A stretch of 64,000 bases of DNA from Candidatus Bathyarchaeia archaeon (GTDB taxonomy: Archaea > Thermoproteota > Bathyarchaeia > Bathyarchaeales > Bathycorpusculaceae): NCBI GenBank assembly GCA_050010755.1, contig JBEKKK010000001.1:672001-736000 (forward strand). Direction: 5' to 3'. A program made the position numbers and the translations under genes. Of this stretch, positions 30,512-41,042 are shown piece after piece; within the stretch, counting starts at the first letter, position 1; each line of letters starts with the position of its first letter. Below the pieces are notes generated by a model. It searched no databases. It worked only from the letters and a program-made list of their open reading frames with translations, and had not been told where the DNA came from.

Positions 30512-30587
30512 AATTTTCACTGGCAACTCCCTACACATTTTGGACAGTCATTTATTAAAAATATCCTTAACAACTTGCACACAGCAT

Positions 30588-31577
30588 TTACAGTTTACGT
30601 TGGCTAGCCGCTTTTGACAGACCTGCCATGGCCTTGATCAGGCTGCTGTCGACACTGCCAAAGTGATGCATTTCGCCAGTTGCCAAATCGTTAACGAAGA
30701 TTTCTGCAGGAGCGAAGAGTTTCAAGTCTATTCCTCTCAACCCTCCGTGTTGCTTTAACATGTCCAAAAAAGATTGGCCGTAGCATTTTGAGGTTCTTGA
30801 AGGCATCTCTCGGGCTATTTGCCGCAAATTTGTACCTTTCTCGGGCATTATGTAGAGGTGGACTATGCTTCCGTAGGAGAGCATATCATCAGGCAAGATG
30901 CGTCTCGATTTTAGTGGAGGCAATGGGGCAATTCCGCATGCATTTCTCACGTTGTTTCCATCATAGCCAAGAGTGTGCAATTTTACCATTGCGTTTTCAA
31001 CGCTTCTACCCGCCACCTGAATGAGCCCAGACATGCTTGAAAGCGGAGCTAAAACCACGTACAGATTTTCAGGGTTGACTTTGCACTTTTCAGCAAGCGA
31101 ATCAGCAGCCTTCTCATTCGGATACTGCTCCGATTGAAGGACTACCACCGCTTCTTCAGCTGAGTCCGCAAACGGAATCATTTCAAACAGTTTCTTCGGC
31201 TCGTGAACCAACGCTCTTGCAGGTCCACTCGCGATGGCATTGTACGAGCCGACGCTGAAGTTGATCCAGCCCTCCATCGCCTCTCGGTAACCGCCTGAAG
31301 CTTGACACAGGAGAGAAAGAATCGGAAAATCAGTTGAGACATCCACGGCGGGTAGTGTTATTCCTCCCAAATCCATCAAAGTGAGGGACACGTTTCCCAC
31401 GCCTCCTAAGCCTATTTTGGTCACGTACAAGCCTGCTTATACGCCTCCCGGGGCCTTGTGTCCGGTGTCAATCAAATGCGCTCCGCTTTCAAAACGGCTG
31501 CATTTGATGTTCAGCTCCTCTTCTTCATCCATCATCTTCTTGCAGATCGAAGCAGCTAACCTGTTGACGCTGAGCAT
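30588..31577 (-). pseudogene. Mch-like protein interrupted by an in-frame TAA at 31437-31439
   Basis: From ATG 31577: MLSVNRLA...GAHLIDTG...GGV*AGLYVTKI, continuing in frame into SGPARAL, QVAGRSVE and LFAPAE. Confidence 0.8.
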
Positions 31578-31627
31578 TTTTTCCACCACTTTAATATTTT
31601 TGAGTCTCACTTAAGCAGTTCAGACAG

Positions 31628-32644
31628 GTGAAGATGAGTATGGTTGGCAAAAGAGCTTTTGGACTGAACCTCGTGGGTTTCTCTCCCGCCTTGGACACGG
31701 CGAAATTGGCCAAGATAGCTGAAGCATACGGTTTTGAGTATGTGTGGATTGCGGACGAGAATCCTTCGCCACGTTGCAGGGACGTTGTGGTGAACATGAC
31801 AACTGTGGCCCTCAAAACATGCAAGATTAAGGTTGGAACGGGCATATGCAACTTCTACACGAGACACCCGGCCCTTTTGGCAGTGTTTATATCCACGCTC
31901 GAGGAAATGGCGAGTGGACGCGTTGTCGTGGGTGTGGGGCCGGGAGGAGAAATGCCCCTCAGACCCTTAGGAATAAAGATGTGGGAGAAACCTCTAGTCA
32001 CAGTGCGGGAGGGCATCAACGTCATGATTCGCGCGTTGGCAGGCGAAACTGTGGATCACGATGGAGAAATGATAACGGCGCACGGCCTTCATCTTTCCTT
32101 TCATCCGAAGACCAGAATTCCTGTTTATTTGGCGGCCAGAAGCCCCAAGTTTATGCAGTTGGTCGGCGAATTGGCTGACGGTTCGCTGCTGAACACGCCT
32201 TTTCATTACATCGAAAACGCTCTGAAAACAATTCAGGAAGGGGCCTCAAGAGCGGGAAGAAAAATGGATAAGATAGATGTTGGAAATATTCTTCCATTCG
32301 CCGTCGCCGAGAATGACTCAGAGGCCCGAAAGAAAGTGAGGCATTTGGCCACTTTCATGGCGGCTTTCACTTCGATTTCGGTGCATGAGACGTTGGGAAC
32401 GAAGAAAGAACGCGTAGCATCTATTCAAGAAGCTTTGTATAAAGGAAGGGAGGCTGAAGCGATGAGTTTGATGACGGATGAAATGATTGATGAGTTTTCG
32501 GTGGCTGGGAGACCGAGCAAATGCCTCGGAAGGGTTGAAGAATTCTTTAAGGCTGGAGTTACGCAAATGATCTTCGTCGTCCCTGATGGGAAGAAAGGAA
32601 TAATGTCAGCTGGGAAGGACATCATTTCATTTTTCAAGGCCTAG
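31628..32644 (+). CDS. LLM-class F420-dependent oxidoreductase, Mer-like
   Basis: AEAYGFEYVWIADE, KVGTGICN.YTRHP, SGRVVVGVGPG and IPVYLAA.SPK...GELADG motifs. Confidence 0.88.
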   Translation: MKMSMVGKRAFGLNLVGFSPALDTAKLAKIAEAYGFEYVWIADENPSPRCRDVVVNMTTVALKTCKIKVGTGICNFYTRHPALLAVFISTLEEMASGRVVVGVGPGGEMPLRPLGIKMWEKPLVTVREGINVMIRALAGETVDHDGEMITAHGLHLSFHPKTRIPVYLAARSPKFMQLVGELADGSLLNTPFHYIENALKTIQEGASRAGRKMDKIDVGNILPFAVAENDSEARKKVRHLATFMAAFTSISVHETLGTKKERVASIQEALYKGREAEAMSLMTDEMIDEFSVAGRPSKCLGRVEEFFKAGVTQMIFVVPDGKKGIMSAGKDIISFFKA

Positions 32645-32738
32645 CATCCTGAAAACTGGCGTTTTGCCTTTTTGTTTAAGCAGATTTATTTCTGGCAAAA
32701 CACATTGATAAATAACAGGTTCGGGAGCATCAACTATC

Positions 32739-34595
32739 GTGACATCGGGTTGGACGGGAAGAGCGCTTAACGTAGACTTGGCTTCTGGCAAGATTGAACC
32801 ATACAACCTTGAAAAGCCGATACTGAAGAAGTTCCTAGGCGGACGCGGCCTGACTTCTTACTACCTTTTTGAAGAGTTGAAAGAAAAAACAGACCCATTG
32901 TCGCCTGAGAACGTCCTGCTTTTTTCCGCAGGCCCCCTGGTTGGAACCATGTGGCCCACTTCTTCAAGAATAACAGTGGCGGCAAAATCACCCCTAACAA
33001 ATGGTTTAGGATACGCCCACGCTGGCGGCTACTTCGGTCCAGAACTAAAATTCGCCGGGTACGACCTGATACACATCTCAGGAAAGGCAAGAAATCCAAC
33101 GTACCTGCACGTTGAAAACGAAAAAGCCACTTTGAAGTCAGCCAAGCACATGTGGGGCAAGACAACGAGTGAAACGATAAAGACAGTTCAGGAGGAAACT
33201 GGCAGGTGCCGCGTCGCCTGTATTGGACCAGCAGGAGAAAACCTGGTTCTCATAGCCTCAATCATGACCGACAGGGATAGAGCCGCTGGCCGATGCGGAC
33301 TGGGCGCGGTCATGGGTTCAAAAAACTTGAAAGCGGTGGCGGTGACCGGAAAGAACAAGGTTGAGGCTGCACGTCCCGAGAAATTCCGCGAGCTATGCCT
33401 AGCTGCTCTCAAACAGTGGTCTCCTCAGAATCCTCGGCTGAAAGGTCTGAGCAATTATGGAACGCCGTGGTTAATTGCCACAAAGAACGAGACAGGAGAT
33501 CTTCCTGCCAAGAACCATCAGGCCGCCAGGTTTCCATGGGCTGAACAGATTTCAGGAGAAACTCTGAAGGAGAGATATTTCCTCAAACCAGAAACGTGTT
33601 ACTCGTGTCCCATCCACTGTCGAGCGTACGCAAGGGTTACAGAAGGAAAATACGCGCCTCTGGAAGGCTCGAGACCAGAGTACGAAAGCATAGATTCTTT
33701 GGGGCCGATGTGCTGGATCGCAGATTTCAGCGTCATCATGAAGGCCAACCAGCTCTGCGGTGAACTGGGATTGGACACCATATCAACGGGCGTGACCGTG
33801 TCCTTCGCTATGGAACTCTACGAAAGGGGTTTGATATCCAAGAAGGAAACTGGGTTGTCCCTAGAATGGGGAAACGCTGAGAGCACGCTGGAACTCATAA
33901 GGATGATTGCCTATCGCGAGGGATTCGGCGATGTCTTGGCGGAAGGCACGGCGAGAGCATCCGAAAGAATAGGCGGGCAGGCAAGCATGTTTGCAATGCA
34001 CGTCAAGAGAATGGAGATACCGAGACAGGAGCCGAGAACCCTGAAAGCCTTCGGCTTAGGACACGCCGTTTCTAACCGCGGAGCAGACCACCTCTACGCT
34101 CTACCGACGATTGATTCTGCCCGGAAAACGGATGTTGCAAAGCAGCTCTTCCCAGGAAAGCCCGTGGAAAAAGTCTTGGACACGAAGAACCCGAGGTACA
34201 AGCCTGAAATCGTGGTCTTCAGCGAAAACTATTGCGCAATCACGGACGCCCTAGGCGTCTGCAAATTTACTACGACGGAAACCTACGTTTTTATGCCTTC
34301 AGACCTGGCCCGAGCCCTCACAGCGCTGACGGGAGAGGATTTCACCGAAGAAGAGCTCCTGAACTGTGGAGAGAGGATAGTTAACTTGGAACGATGTTTC
34401 AACGTCCGAGAAGGGTTCTCTCGAAAAGACGATCAGTTGCCGCAGAGGTTCCTAAAGGAATCGCTCGAAGGAAGCACGGTTGAACTGGACCAGATGCTCT
34501 CAAAATACTATCGCTTACGCGGATGGTCCAACCAAGGAATCCCCCGAAAAGAAAAGCTCAGCGAACTGGGGCTGAAAACCTGCAGCGCCCGTTAG
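32739..34595 (+). CDS. Aldehyde:ferredoxin oxidoreductase (tungsten, AOR family)
   Basis: KSPLT, CIGPAGEN, GRCGLGAVMGSKNLKA, CxxCxxxC, PEYE, GLDTISTG and RGADH motifs. Confidence 0.93.
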   Translation: MTSGWTGRALNVDLASGKIEPYNLEKPILKKFLGGRGLTSYYLFEELKEKTDPLSPENVLLFSAGPLVGTMWPTSSRITVAAKSPLTNGLGYAHAGGYFGPELKFAGYDLIHISGKARNPTYLHVENEKATLKSAKHMWGKTTSETIKTVQEETGRCRVACIGPAGENLVLIASIMTDRDRAAGRCGLGAVMGSKNLKAVAVTGKNKVEAARPEKFRELCLAALKQWSPQNPRLKGLSNYGTPWLIATKNETGDLPAKNHQAARFPWAEQISGETLKERYFLKPETCYSCPIHCRAYARVTEGKYAPLEGSRPEYESIDSLGPMCWIADFSVIMKANQLCGELGLDTISTGVTVSFAMELYERGLISKKETGLSLEWGNAESTLELIRMIAYREGFGDVLAEGTARASERIGGQASMFAMHVKRMEIPRQEPRTLKAFGLGHAVSNRGADHLYALPTIDSARKTDVAKQLFPGKPVEKVLDTKNPRYKPEIVVFSENYCAITDALGVCKFTTTETYVFMPSDLARALTALTGEDFTEEELLNCGERIVNLERCFNVREGFSRKDDQLPQRFLKESLEGSTVELDQMLSKYYRLRGWSNQGIPRKEKLSELGLKTCSAR

Positions 34596-36532
34596 CCATG
34601 GGGTCTTGCCTTTTTTTCTTTCGGGAGGTTCCCCGTTTTCTCAAGATCGTCTGCAACGTTTTTCAGGCCGAGTTGCTCCAGCTTCTTCCGCGGTATTAAA
34701 CCAGTTTTGACGTTCCATCCACGTGTTCTGTAATACTCATCCAGCATCGTTTCGAGCTCTACTTTTTGTCCTCTGCATGGCCCGTCTGGGCTTGGTTCTT
34801 CGGTAAACCTTGCCGGCAGTTTATCGTCTTTGCGGGACAAGCCTTCGCGAATGTTGTATGCCCTCTGGAGATTGACTATGCGTTCTCCGGCCTTTCTCAA
34901 GGATTTCTCGGTGGCTTTCATCCCTGTCGCGGCTCCGACGGCATCTGCGAGATCCTTGAAGTAAAAGATTGGTGGGTAAGCGTATCCTCCAGTGAGGCAA
35001 AGCCCTAGCGAGCTCACGACGGCTGCAAAATCCTCGCAAACCTTGACCATCACTCCCTTGTACGTTTCGTCCAGCCTGTCTGCCATTTCGGGCAGATACT
35101 GCTTGCCAAAACGTTTCCCAACAGCCTCTTCAAACCCTATCTCGTCGAGAAAAGCGGAGGCGCGCAAATGATCTGCCCCCCTCGTTGAGACTGCGTGTGC
35201 AAGCCCCATCGACTTCTGTGCTCTCCCGTCCTGGGCGGGAATGTCCATTCCTTTAACATGCATAGCGTATTTTTCCGCGCCGCGATCAAGCTGATCCGCA
35301 ACTCTCTTTGTTCCTTCGGCCAAGAGATTGCCTATGCCTTCTCGGAACGTGATCTTTCTTATCAGTTCCAGAGCAAGGTCTTTGTCCCCCCACTCGAAGG
35401 CAATGCCTCCCGTGTCTGCCTTGCTGATTATCTTTTTCTCGTAGAGTTCCATCATGAACGCTATTACGCCGCCGGTTGAAATGGTGTCGATGCCGTAGAG
35501 GTTGCAGAGGACGTGCGCCTCTATTATCGAATCGAGATCGTCGTTTCCAATTCGGCTTCCGAAAGCGCATAGCGTTTCATATTCTGGATGATCGAGGATC
35601 ATTCCCTTGAAGCGGCCCGTTTTGACTCTGATGACATTCTTGCACGCAAGCCTGCATCCGAAGCATGCCTTGTCAGCGATTTTGTATTCTTTAACAAGCA
35701 CTTCGCCGCTGATCTTGTCAGCCGTTGGGCAGACTCCTGTCTGAAAGTTTCTGGTTGGAAACCTTCCGATCTCGTTCATCGCTCCGACTAGAATCGTTGT
35801 GCCGTACTTTCTGACTTCAGGCACGAAGGGGTCCGCTCTGATTCTCTTATCTGCCTCTTTGACGAGCGCGGTAAAACGTTTCGGATCTGCGATTTCCACA
35901 CGGAGACTTCCTTTCAAGGCGAGGGCTTTCAGGTTCTTTGAGCCCATGACTGCGCCTAGTCCCGACCGTGCAGCAAGACGGAAACGGTCGGTGACTATTC
36001 CGGCGTAGCGAACAAGGTTTTCCCCGCCTTGGCCTATGCAAGCCACTTGAGTTTTCTGACCGTGGTCTTGGCATATTATCGTCATAGTTTCCTCAGTGTT
36101 TTTTCCCCAAAGGTTCCCTGCGTCTCGAATCTGTACCTCACCGTCTTCTACGTAGACGTATACAGGCTTGGAGGCACGTCCTTGGATGATGATGGCGTCA
36201 TAGCCGACGCGTTTCATTTCAGGTCCGAAGCTTCCTCCAGAATTTGCTCCTCCCAGGATGTTGGTCAGCGGGCTCTTGCCACCGACCTCGTACCTTCCTG
36301 ACTCTGGCCACGTCGTGCCAGATAGAGGCCCGACTGCAAATACTATGCGGTTCTCTGGTCCAAAAGGGTCTGTTTCTGGACTGGTTTCGTTGTAAAGAAT
36401 ATTCGTGCAGAACCCTGTGCCGCCCAGGAACTTCTCAGCATCCTCAGGGGACAAGTCTTGCCTGCTTACCTTTCCTCCTGTCAAATCTATTCGGAGGATT
36501 TTCCCCGTGTACCCCTTGTACTTCAGTGCCAC
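34592..36532 (-). CDS. Aldehyde:ferredoxin oxidoreductase (AOR family)
   Basis: Same AOR motifs (KSPLT, GAVMGSKNLKA, CFGCRLAC, PEYE, DTISTG, RGADH). GTG 36532 chosen as start. Confidence 0.93.
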   Translation of the reverse strand: MALKYKGYTGKILRIDLTGGKVSRQDLSPEDAEKFLGGTGFCTNILYNETSPETDPFGPENRIVFAVGPLSGTTWPESGRYEVGGKSPLTNILGGANSGGSFGPEMKRVGYDAIIIQGRASKPVYVYVEDGEVQIRDAGNLWGKNTEETMTIICQDHGQKTQVACIGQGGENLVRYAGIVTDRFRLAARSGLGAVMGSKNLKALALKGSLRVEIADPKRFTALVKEADKRIRADPFVPEVRKYGTTILVGAMNEIGRFPTRNFQTGVCPTADKISGEVLVKEYKIADKACFGCRLACKNVIRVKTGRFKGMILDHPEYETLCAFGSRIGNDDLDSIIEAHVLCNLYGIDTISTGGVIAFMMELYEKKIISKADTGGIAFEWGDKDLALELIRKITFREGIGNLLAEGTKRVADQLDRGAEKYAMHVKGMDIPAQDGRAQKSMGLAHAVSTRGADHLRASAFLDEIGFEEAVGKRFGKQYLPEMADRLDETYKGVMVKVCEDFAAVVSSLGLCLTGGYAYPPIFYFKDLADAVGAATGMKATEKSLRKAGERIVNLQRAYNIREGLSRKDDKLPARFTEEPSPDGPCRGQKVELETMLDEYYRTRGWNVKTGLIPRKKLEQLGLKNVADDLEKTGNLPKEKKARPHG

Positions 36533-36537
36533 GCGGG

Positions 36538-37635
36538 TCAGCTCCTGAACTTTATAGCTTGCCGAGGACAAACGGAGTAGCAAAGACCACAGCTGAGACA
36601 TTTACGTTTGTGTGAGACTATCTTTCCATCACTCAGAGTCAATGCTTGATAGGGGCAGAGATTTACACAAAGTCCACACAAGGTGCAGGTTTCATGATTG
36701 ATTTGAGGGTGCAGTCTTTTCTTGCTTTCCCTCTTTTGTTTCTGCAGATTTTTTAGTGCGACCCCGCGCAGCTCCTGAATTGTCTTATAGCCCTTAAGCT
36801 CCATGAATTCAACGAGCTCATTTTCTATGCGATCAAAGATTTTCAAGCCATGGAGGATGGGCGCACTGCACAGTTCAACACAACTGGCGCCTGCCATAAT
36901 CATTTCAACGGCGTCTTGGCCGCTCGAAATTCCGCCTATGCCTATTACCGGTATCTTCACTCGCGCAGCTATTTCAGCAACGCATTTCACTGCCAATGGG
37001 TGAATAGCGGACCCGGAGAGCCATCCTTCGCCATCACGAGTGCCGAGATAGGGTTTTCCAGTTTCGACATCAATCGCCAACACGGGACTAGTAGAATCGA
37101 TAGCTGACACGGCGTCGGCCCCAAATTTTTCGGTCTTGACCGCTATTCTCAGAAGATTAAGCCAATTCGCGCTCACCTTAGCTATGACGGGAATCTTCGC
37201 CGCGGACTTGGCGGCTTTAACAGTCGGCAAAATCTGATTCGCATCGTAAGTGACTGTTTCGATGAAATCTGCCCCAGCCTCTTCCACCATCGGAGCGATT
37301 TTTGCTGCTTCTTTTGCCGTGAATCCGATGCTTGCGATTATGGGCACTCCGAGGCGTTTCACCGCTGGTATTTCATGAGTAATCCATGCTCGAAGAGGAA
37401 GATCGGACCACTTTTCGGCGTTGATCAACGTGTCCACACCTATCTTTGCAATGTTAGGAGAGGGGTTTTTGGCCGCTATGAGCCTGATCGTTTTTGTGGT
37501 GACAGCGCCAAAACCCGCTCTTACTGCGCGTTCCAAGGTCTCGGCGTCGCGTCCGAACGGTCCAGCAGCGAGAACTATAGGGTTTGTCAGGTTTACTCCA
37601 CACAACGAAACGGACGTTCGAACTGTTCTTGCCAT
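36538..37635 (-). CDS. Dihydroorotate dehydrogenase/PreA-like FMN protein with C-terminal 2[4Fe-4S] ferredoxin
   Basis: NPIVLAAGP, GFGAVTTKT, LSGSAIHP and IIGIGGI-like motifs plus two CxxCxxCxxxCP motifs. ATG 37635 likely. Confidence 0.85.
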   Translation of the reverse strand: MARTVRTSVSLCGVNLTNPIVLAAGPFGRDAETLERAVRAGFGAVTTKTIRLIAAKNPSPNIAKIGVDTLINAEKWSDLPLRAWITHEIPAVKRLGVPIIASIGFTAKEAAKIAPMVEEAGADFIETVTYDANQILPTVKAAKSAAKIPVIAKVSANWLNLLRIAVKTEKFGADAVSAIDSTSPVLAIDVETGKPYLGTRDGEGWLSGSAIHPLAVKCVAEIAARVKIPVIGIGGISSGQDAVEMIMAGASCVELCSAPILHGLKIFDRIENELVEFMELKGYKTIQELRGVALKNLQKQKRESKKRLHPQINHETCTLCGLCVNLCPYQALTLSDGKIVSHKRKCLSCGLCYSVCPRQAIKFRS

Positions 37636-37649
37636 TGCCGTTCGCTCTG

Positions 37650-38978
37650 TCAGGTTTTCCACAGCGTCTCTGCCGCTTCCATGCATCTTGTCCTCGCCTT
37701 ATCTTCATCCACGGTGAGTATTTCTTTGTTTCTCACTATTTCCTTGCCGGCTATCAGGACATTGCGAACCATGCTCCCGTTGCCGAAGACGACGAGCTGC
37801 TGAATCAGGTTTTCAGCCGTTACAGGCGTTGGAAACTTTAAGTCTACCGTTATAATGTCTGCCTGCTTATTGGGAGTTATCGAGCCTACCGTGTTTTCCA
37901 TGCGAAGGGCTCTTGCCGCGTCGATTGTCGCCATTCTAATGACGACGTCAGCTGGCATCACGCTTGCGTTTTGCAGATATCCCTTGTGTATAAGGAACGC
38001 GGCGCGCATCACTTCAAACATGTCCTGAATGTACCCGTCCGTTCCAAGCCCGACTGTAAGGCCCGTTTGCAGAAAGCTTGGAACAGGCGCTATGCCCCCG
38101 CCTACTTCACAGTTGCTCAGAGGCATGTGTGATACCTTCACATCGTGTTTCCGCAATAGTTTAGCTTCCCTCGGGAGCGTGTGCACGCACTGAGATGCCA
38201 GAACATCGGAACCTAAGAAACCTATTTCTTCGTAGAGCTCAACTGGAAGTTTCTGATACTTGGCGAGACAATGCTTCGACTCATAGGCGCCTTCTTCCAG
38301 ATGAATGTGTATTCCCGCATGGTACTCGTCGGCCTGTTCTCTCACTTTCTTCAGGAACTGCGGGCTGCAAGTGAAAGTTGTGTGTGTGCAAAACATGCCC
38401 CTAGTCAACGAATCGTTCTTTCCGTTGTGTTTCTTGATGAAGTCGATGTTTTCTTCAACTCCTTCCTCTCCATTCTCTTGGCTGATTCTTTCAGTAGCTT
38501 CGAAGCTCAGCACGGAACGCAAGCCAACCAGTTCCGTTGCTTGAGCCTCGACATCTAAGGCCCCTGGAATAGAGTTTGGTGCCTCCAAAATGTCAGAGCA
38601 GCACGTTGTTCCAGTTTTCGCCATGTGAATTGAAGACATGGTAGCAGCGGTGCTTATTTGGTCCCTGTTCAAGGCATTTTCGATACAAGGCCACCAGAAC
38701 TGCTCTAGAAAAGTGATGAAAGTTGACGTTGTTTGAGGAACGGGTAAGCCGTGCGACAGAATGCCGTACATGTGGTTGTGACTGCAAATCAGCCCTGGCA
38801 TGACGACGCATTCTTTGGCGTCGATTATTTCATCAGCGTCATAAGAGTCTTCGATTTTTTTTGCGGGTCCAACGTCCAGAATCTTGTCGCCTTCCACGAA
38901 AACGGCTCCTTTGGGAATCGTTCCGTGCTTCTTGTCCAGCGTTAGAACGTATTTTCCTTTGACGATTAATGATTTCAC
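37650..38978 (-). CDS. Amidohydrolase (SsnA/nucleobase deaminase-like)
   Basis: PGLICSHNH, HIHLEE, SHMPLSN and GLGTDG motifs. Confidence 0.88.
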   Translation of the reverse strand: MKSLIVKGKYVLTLDKKHGTIPKGAVFVEGDKILDVGPAKKIEDSYDADEIIDAKECVVMPGLICSHNHMYGILSHGLPVPQTTSTFITFLEQFWWPCIENALNRDQISTAATMSSIHMAKTGTTCCSDILEAPNSIPGALDVEAQATELVGLRSVLSFEATERISQENGEEGVEENIDFIKKHNGKNDSLTRGMFCTHTTFTCSPQFLKKVREQADEYHAGIHIHLEEGAYESKHCLAKYQKLPVELYEEIGFLGSDVLASQCVHTLPREAKLLRKHDVKVSHMPLSNCEVGGGIAPVPSFLQTGLTVGLGTDGYIQDMFEVMRAAFLIHKGYLQNASVMPADVVIRMATIDAARALRMENTVGSITPNKQADIITVDLKFPTPVTAENLIQQLVVFGNGSMVRNVLIAGKEIVRNKEILTVDEDKARTRCMEAAETLWKT

Positions 38979-39091
38979 GCTGAGCTTACTCCATTACTCC
39001 ATAAAATCCAACTCGGGATTAATATTTAGTGCCCAGCTGTTGTCCTATGTTTATATAACGATTCTCGCATGTTAGTTTTGAGCTGAAAAAT

Positions 39092-39988
39092 ATGCCAAAG
39101 CTCGTTCTGGATGGTATGTTCGTTCCCTGTGTCACTCCATTTACGCGTGCTGGTCGACTTGACATCGGCGGGCTCAGGGCATGTGTGCGGTTTTGGTTGG
39201 AAGGCGGAGTCTCGGGGCTGGTGCCCTGCGGCAGTAACGGCGAAGCCCCTTACCTAACTAGGCAAGAGAGGATAAGGGTGATTGAAACCGTGTTGGATGA
39301 GGTTAAAGGGAAGGTTCCTGTAATTGCCGGCACTGGCAGCATAAGCACCCAAGAGACTATCACCTTCACCAAGGATGCTGCCAACCTCGGCGTAGATGCT
39401 GCACTCGTGGTGACACCGTTTTACTTCAAACTGTCAAACAAGGAGATGCATGAACACTTTCGAGCAGTCTCAGAAGCTGTCGACATTCCCATCATCGTCT
39501 ACAATGTTCCCAAGTTCAGCGGCGTCTCTCTAGAACCCACTCAGATTCAGAACCTCGCGGTGGAAAACGAAAGGATAATCGGCATCAAAGACAGCGGTGG
39601 AAACCTCGGCACGATAACGGAAACCGTGAGGCTGATAGGCGACCGGATTTCAGTTCTGGCCGGAACGGCTGACGTGGCGCTGTCAACCCTGATGATAGGT
39701 GGGAGAGGCGCAGTGCTAGCAGTCGGAAACGTTTTTCCCACTTTGTGCAGTCGCTTATACGAGGCTTTCAAAAACAGGCGGTATGAAGAAGCAGGCAGGC
39801 TGCAGAGCCACTTATCCTTCGCAAACGAGGTACTCGTGAAGAAGTTCAATCAGGTTTCAGCAATAAAAGAGGCCATGAGACTGCATGGACTTGAAGCTGG
39901 CTACCCTCGAAAACCATCGTTGCCGTTGGACAGCGAAGGAAGGAAGGCCCTCGAAAACTTGCTCAAGGAAGTAAGTCTAGCCGCCTGA
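39092..39988 (+). CDS. DapA/NAL-family class I lyase
   Basis: VTPF, CGSNGE, VTPFY, YNVP and IGIKDS (Schiff-base Lys) motifs. Confidence 0.88.
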   Translation: MPKLVLDGMFVPCVTPFTRAGRLDIGGLRACVRFWLEGGVSGLVPCGSNGEAPYLTRQERIRVIETVLDEVKGKVPVIAGTGSISTQETITFTKDAANLGVDAALVVTPFYFKLSNKEMHEHFRAVSEAVDIPIIVYNVPKFSGVSLEPTQIQNLAVENERIIGIKDSGGNLGTITETVRLIGDRISVLAGTADVALSTLMIGGRGAVLAVGNVFPTLCSRLYEAFKNRRYEEAGRLQSHLSFANEVLVKKFNQVSAIKEAMRLHGLEAGYPRKPSLPLDSEGRKALENLLKEVSLAA

Positions 39989-40115
39989 GCGCAAGACTCG
40001 AGCTTCTGAAGAACTTATTCTTCACTGAAAGTGACGGTTTTAGAAACGAATTTATGAAAACGTTAACGGCGTTTTTGGATTTTCTTGGCAGAATCCTTTT
40101 CTAGGCAGAGCGGAA

Positions 40116-41042
40116 ATGGTGGATTGCATGGCAACCAGAGCGATTAGCCCTCTTAACGTCGTCTTGATGGTTTGTCTTATCACTTTTTGGGGCAGCTCGT
40201 TCGTGGTTGTGAAAACTACTCTTGGTGAAGGGTTGACGCCTATCGCCATAGCGACCTTCAGGTTTCTCACGGCTGGGGCACTCTTCGCTATAGCTCTCCC
40301 TCTGAATAAGAGCAGAAAAGCTGATTACAAGCTTCTTGTTGAAGGAAGAGATTTTCCGAAACTTGTGTTCCTCGCATTGACTGGTGTTACTTTCTTCTTC
40401 GTCGCACAATACACTGGAATACAGATGGCTAGCGCTTCAATCGCTGCTATTCTTGTTTGTCTTCTCTCGCCGATACTCATCAGCGTTTTTTCAACTCGGA
40501 TGTTCAAAGAACAGTTGATGGGCAAAAATCTCATTGGCATTGGTGTAGCCGCTGTGGGAACGTTTGCTGTCGTCACTGGAGGAGCTTTGAGCGTTCAGGG
40601 AAGCAGCAGCTTTCTGCTCGGAAGCGCAATCTTGCTTTTCACGCCTCTCATGTGGGCCTCTTACAGCCTGATGGGAAAAAGAATCATGGAAAAGTACGAT
40701 CCCTTTCTCGTCGTGGCCTACGTTAACATACTGGGAGGGCTTTTCCTTGTTCCCTTCGCTCTGGCACAAAACTCTTTCCGCGAAGTTTTCACGCTGAGCA
40801 TCAATGAGTGGTCCGCGATTCTTTACTTGGCCTTCACCTGTTCTCTTTTAGGTTATTTCATCTGGTTCCGCGTTATGAGACAGGTGAAAGCCTCGTTGAC
40901 CAGCTCGTTCATGTTCGGAGAACCTCTTATCACAGTGCTTCTAGCCTCAATTTTCGTCGGCGAGGGCAATGAAATCACGCCGTTCACCGTGCTCGGAGCC
41001 TTGCTGATCTTAGTGGGTGTTTACCTTGTCAGTCGGAGATAG
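40116..41042 (+). CDS. DMT/EamA family transporter
   Basis: FWGSSF...FRF motif, two EamA repeats, ~10 TM segments. Confidence 0.9.
   Translation: MVDCMATRAISPLNVVLMVCLITFWGSSFVVVKTTLGEGLTPIAIATFRFLTAGALFAIALPLNKSRKADYKLLVEGRDFPKLVFLALTGVTFFFVAQYTGIQMASASIAAILVCLLSPILISVFSTRMFKEQLMGKNLIGIGVAAVGTFAVVTGGALSVQGSSSFLLGSAILLFTPLMWASYSLMGKRIMEKYDPFLVVAYVNILGGLFLVPFALAQNSFREVFTLSINEWSAILYLAFTCSLLGYFIWFRVMRQVKASLTSSFMFGEPLITVLLASIFVGEGNEITPFTVLGALLILVGVYLVSRR

Noticed and set aside
31437-31439. Stop-codon recoding (Sec/Pyl) in the mch paralog
   Set aside because: The codon is TAA, not TGA or TAG, and the position is not a catalytic Cys/Lys site.
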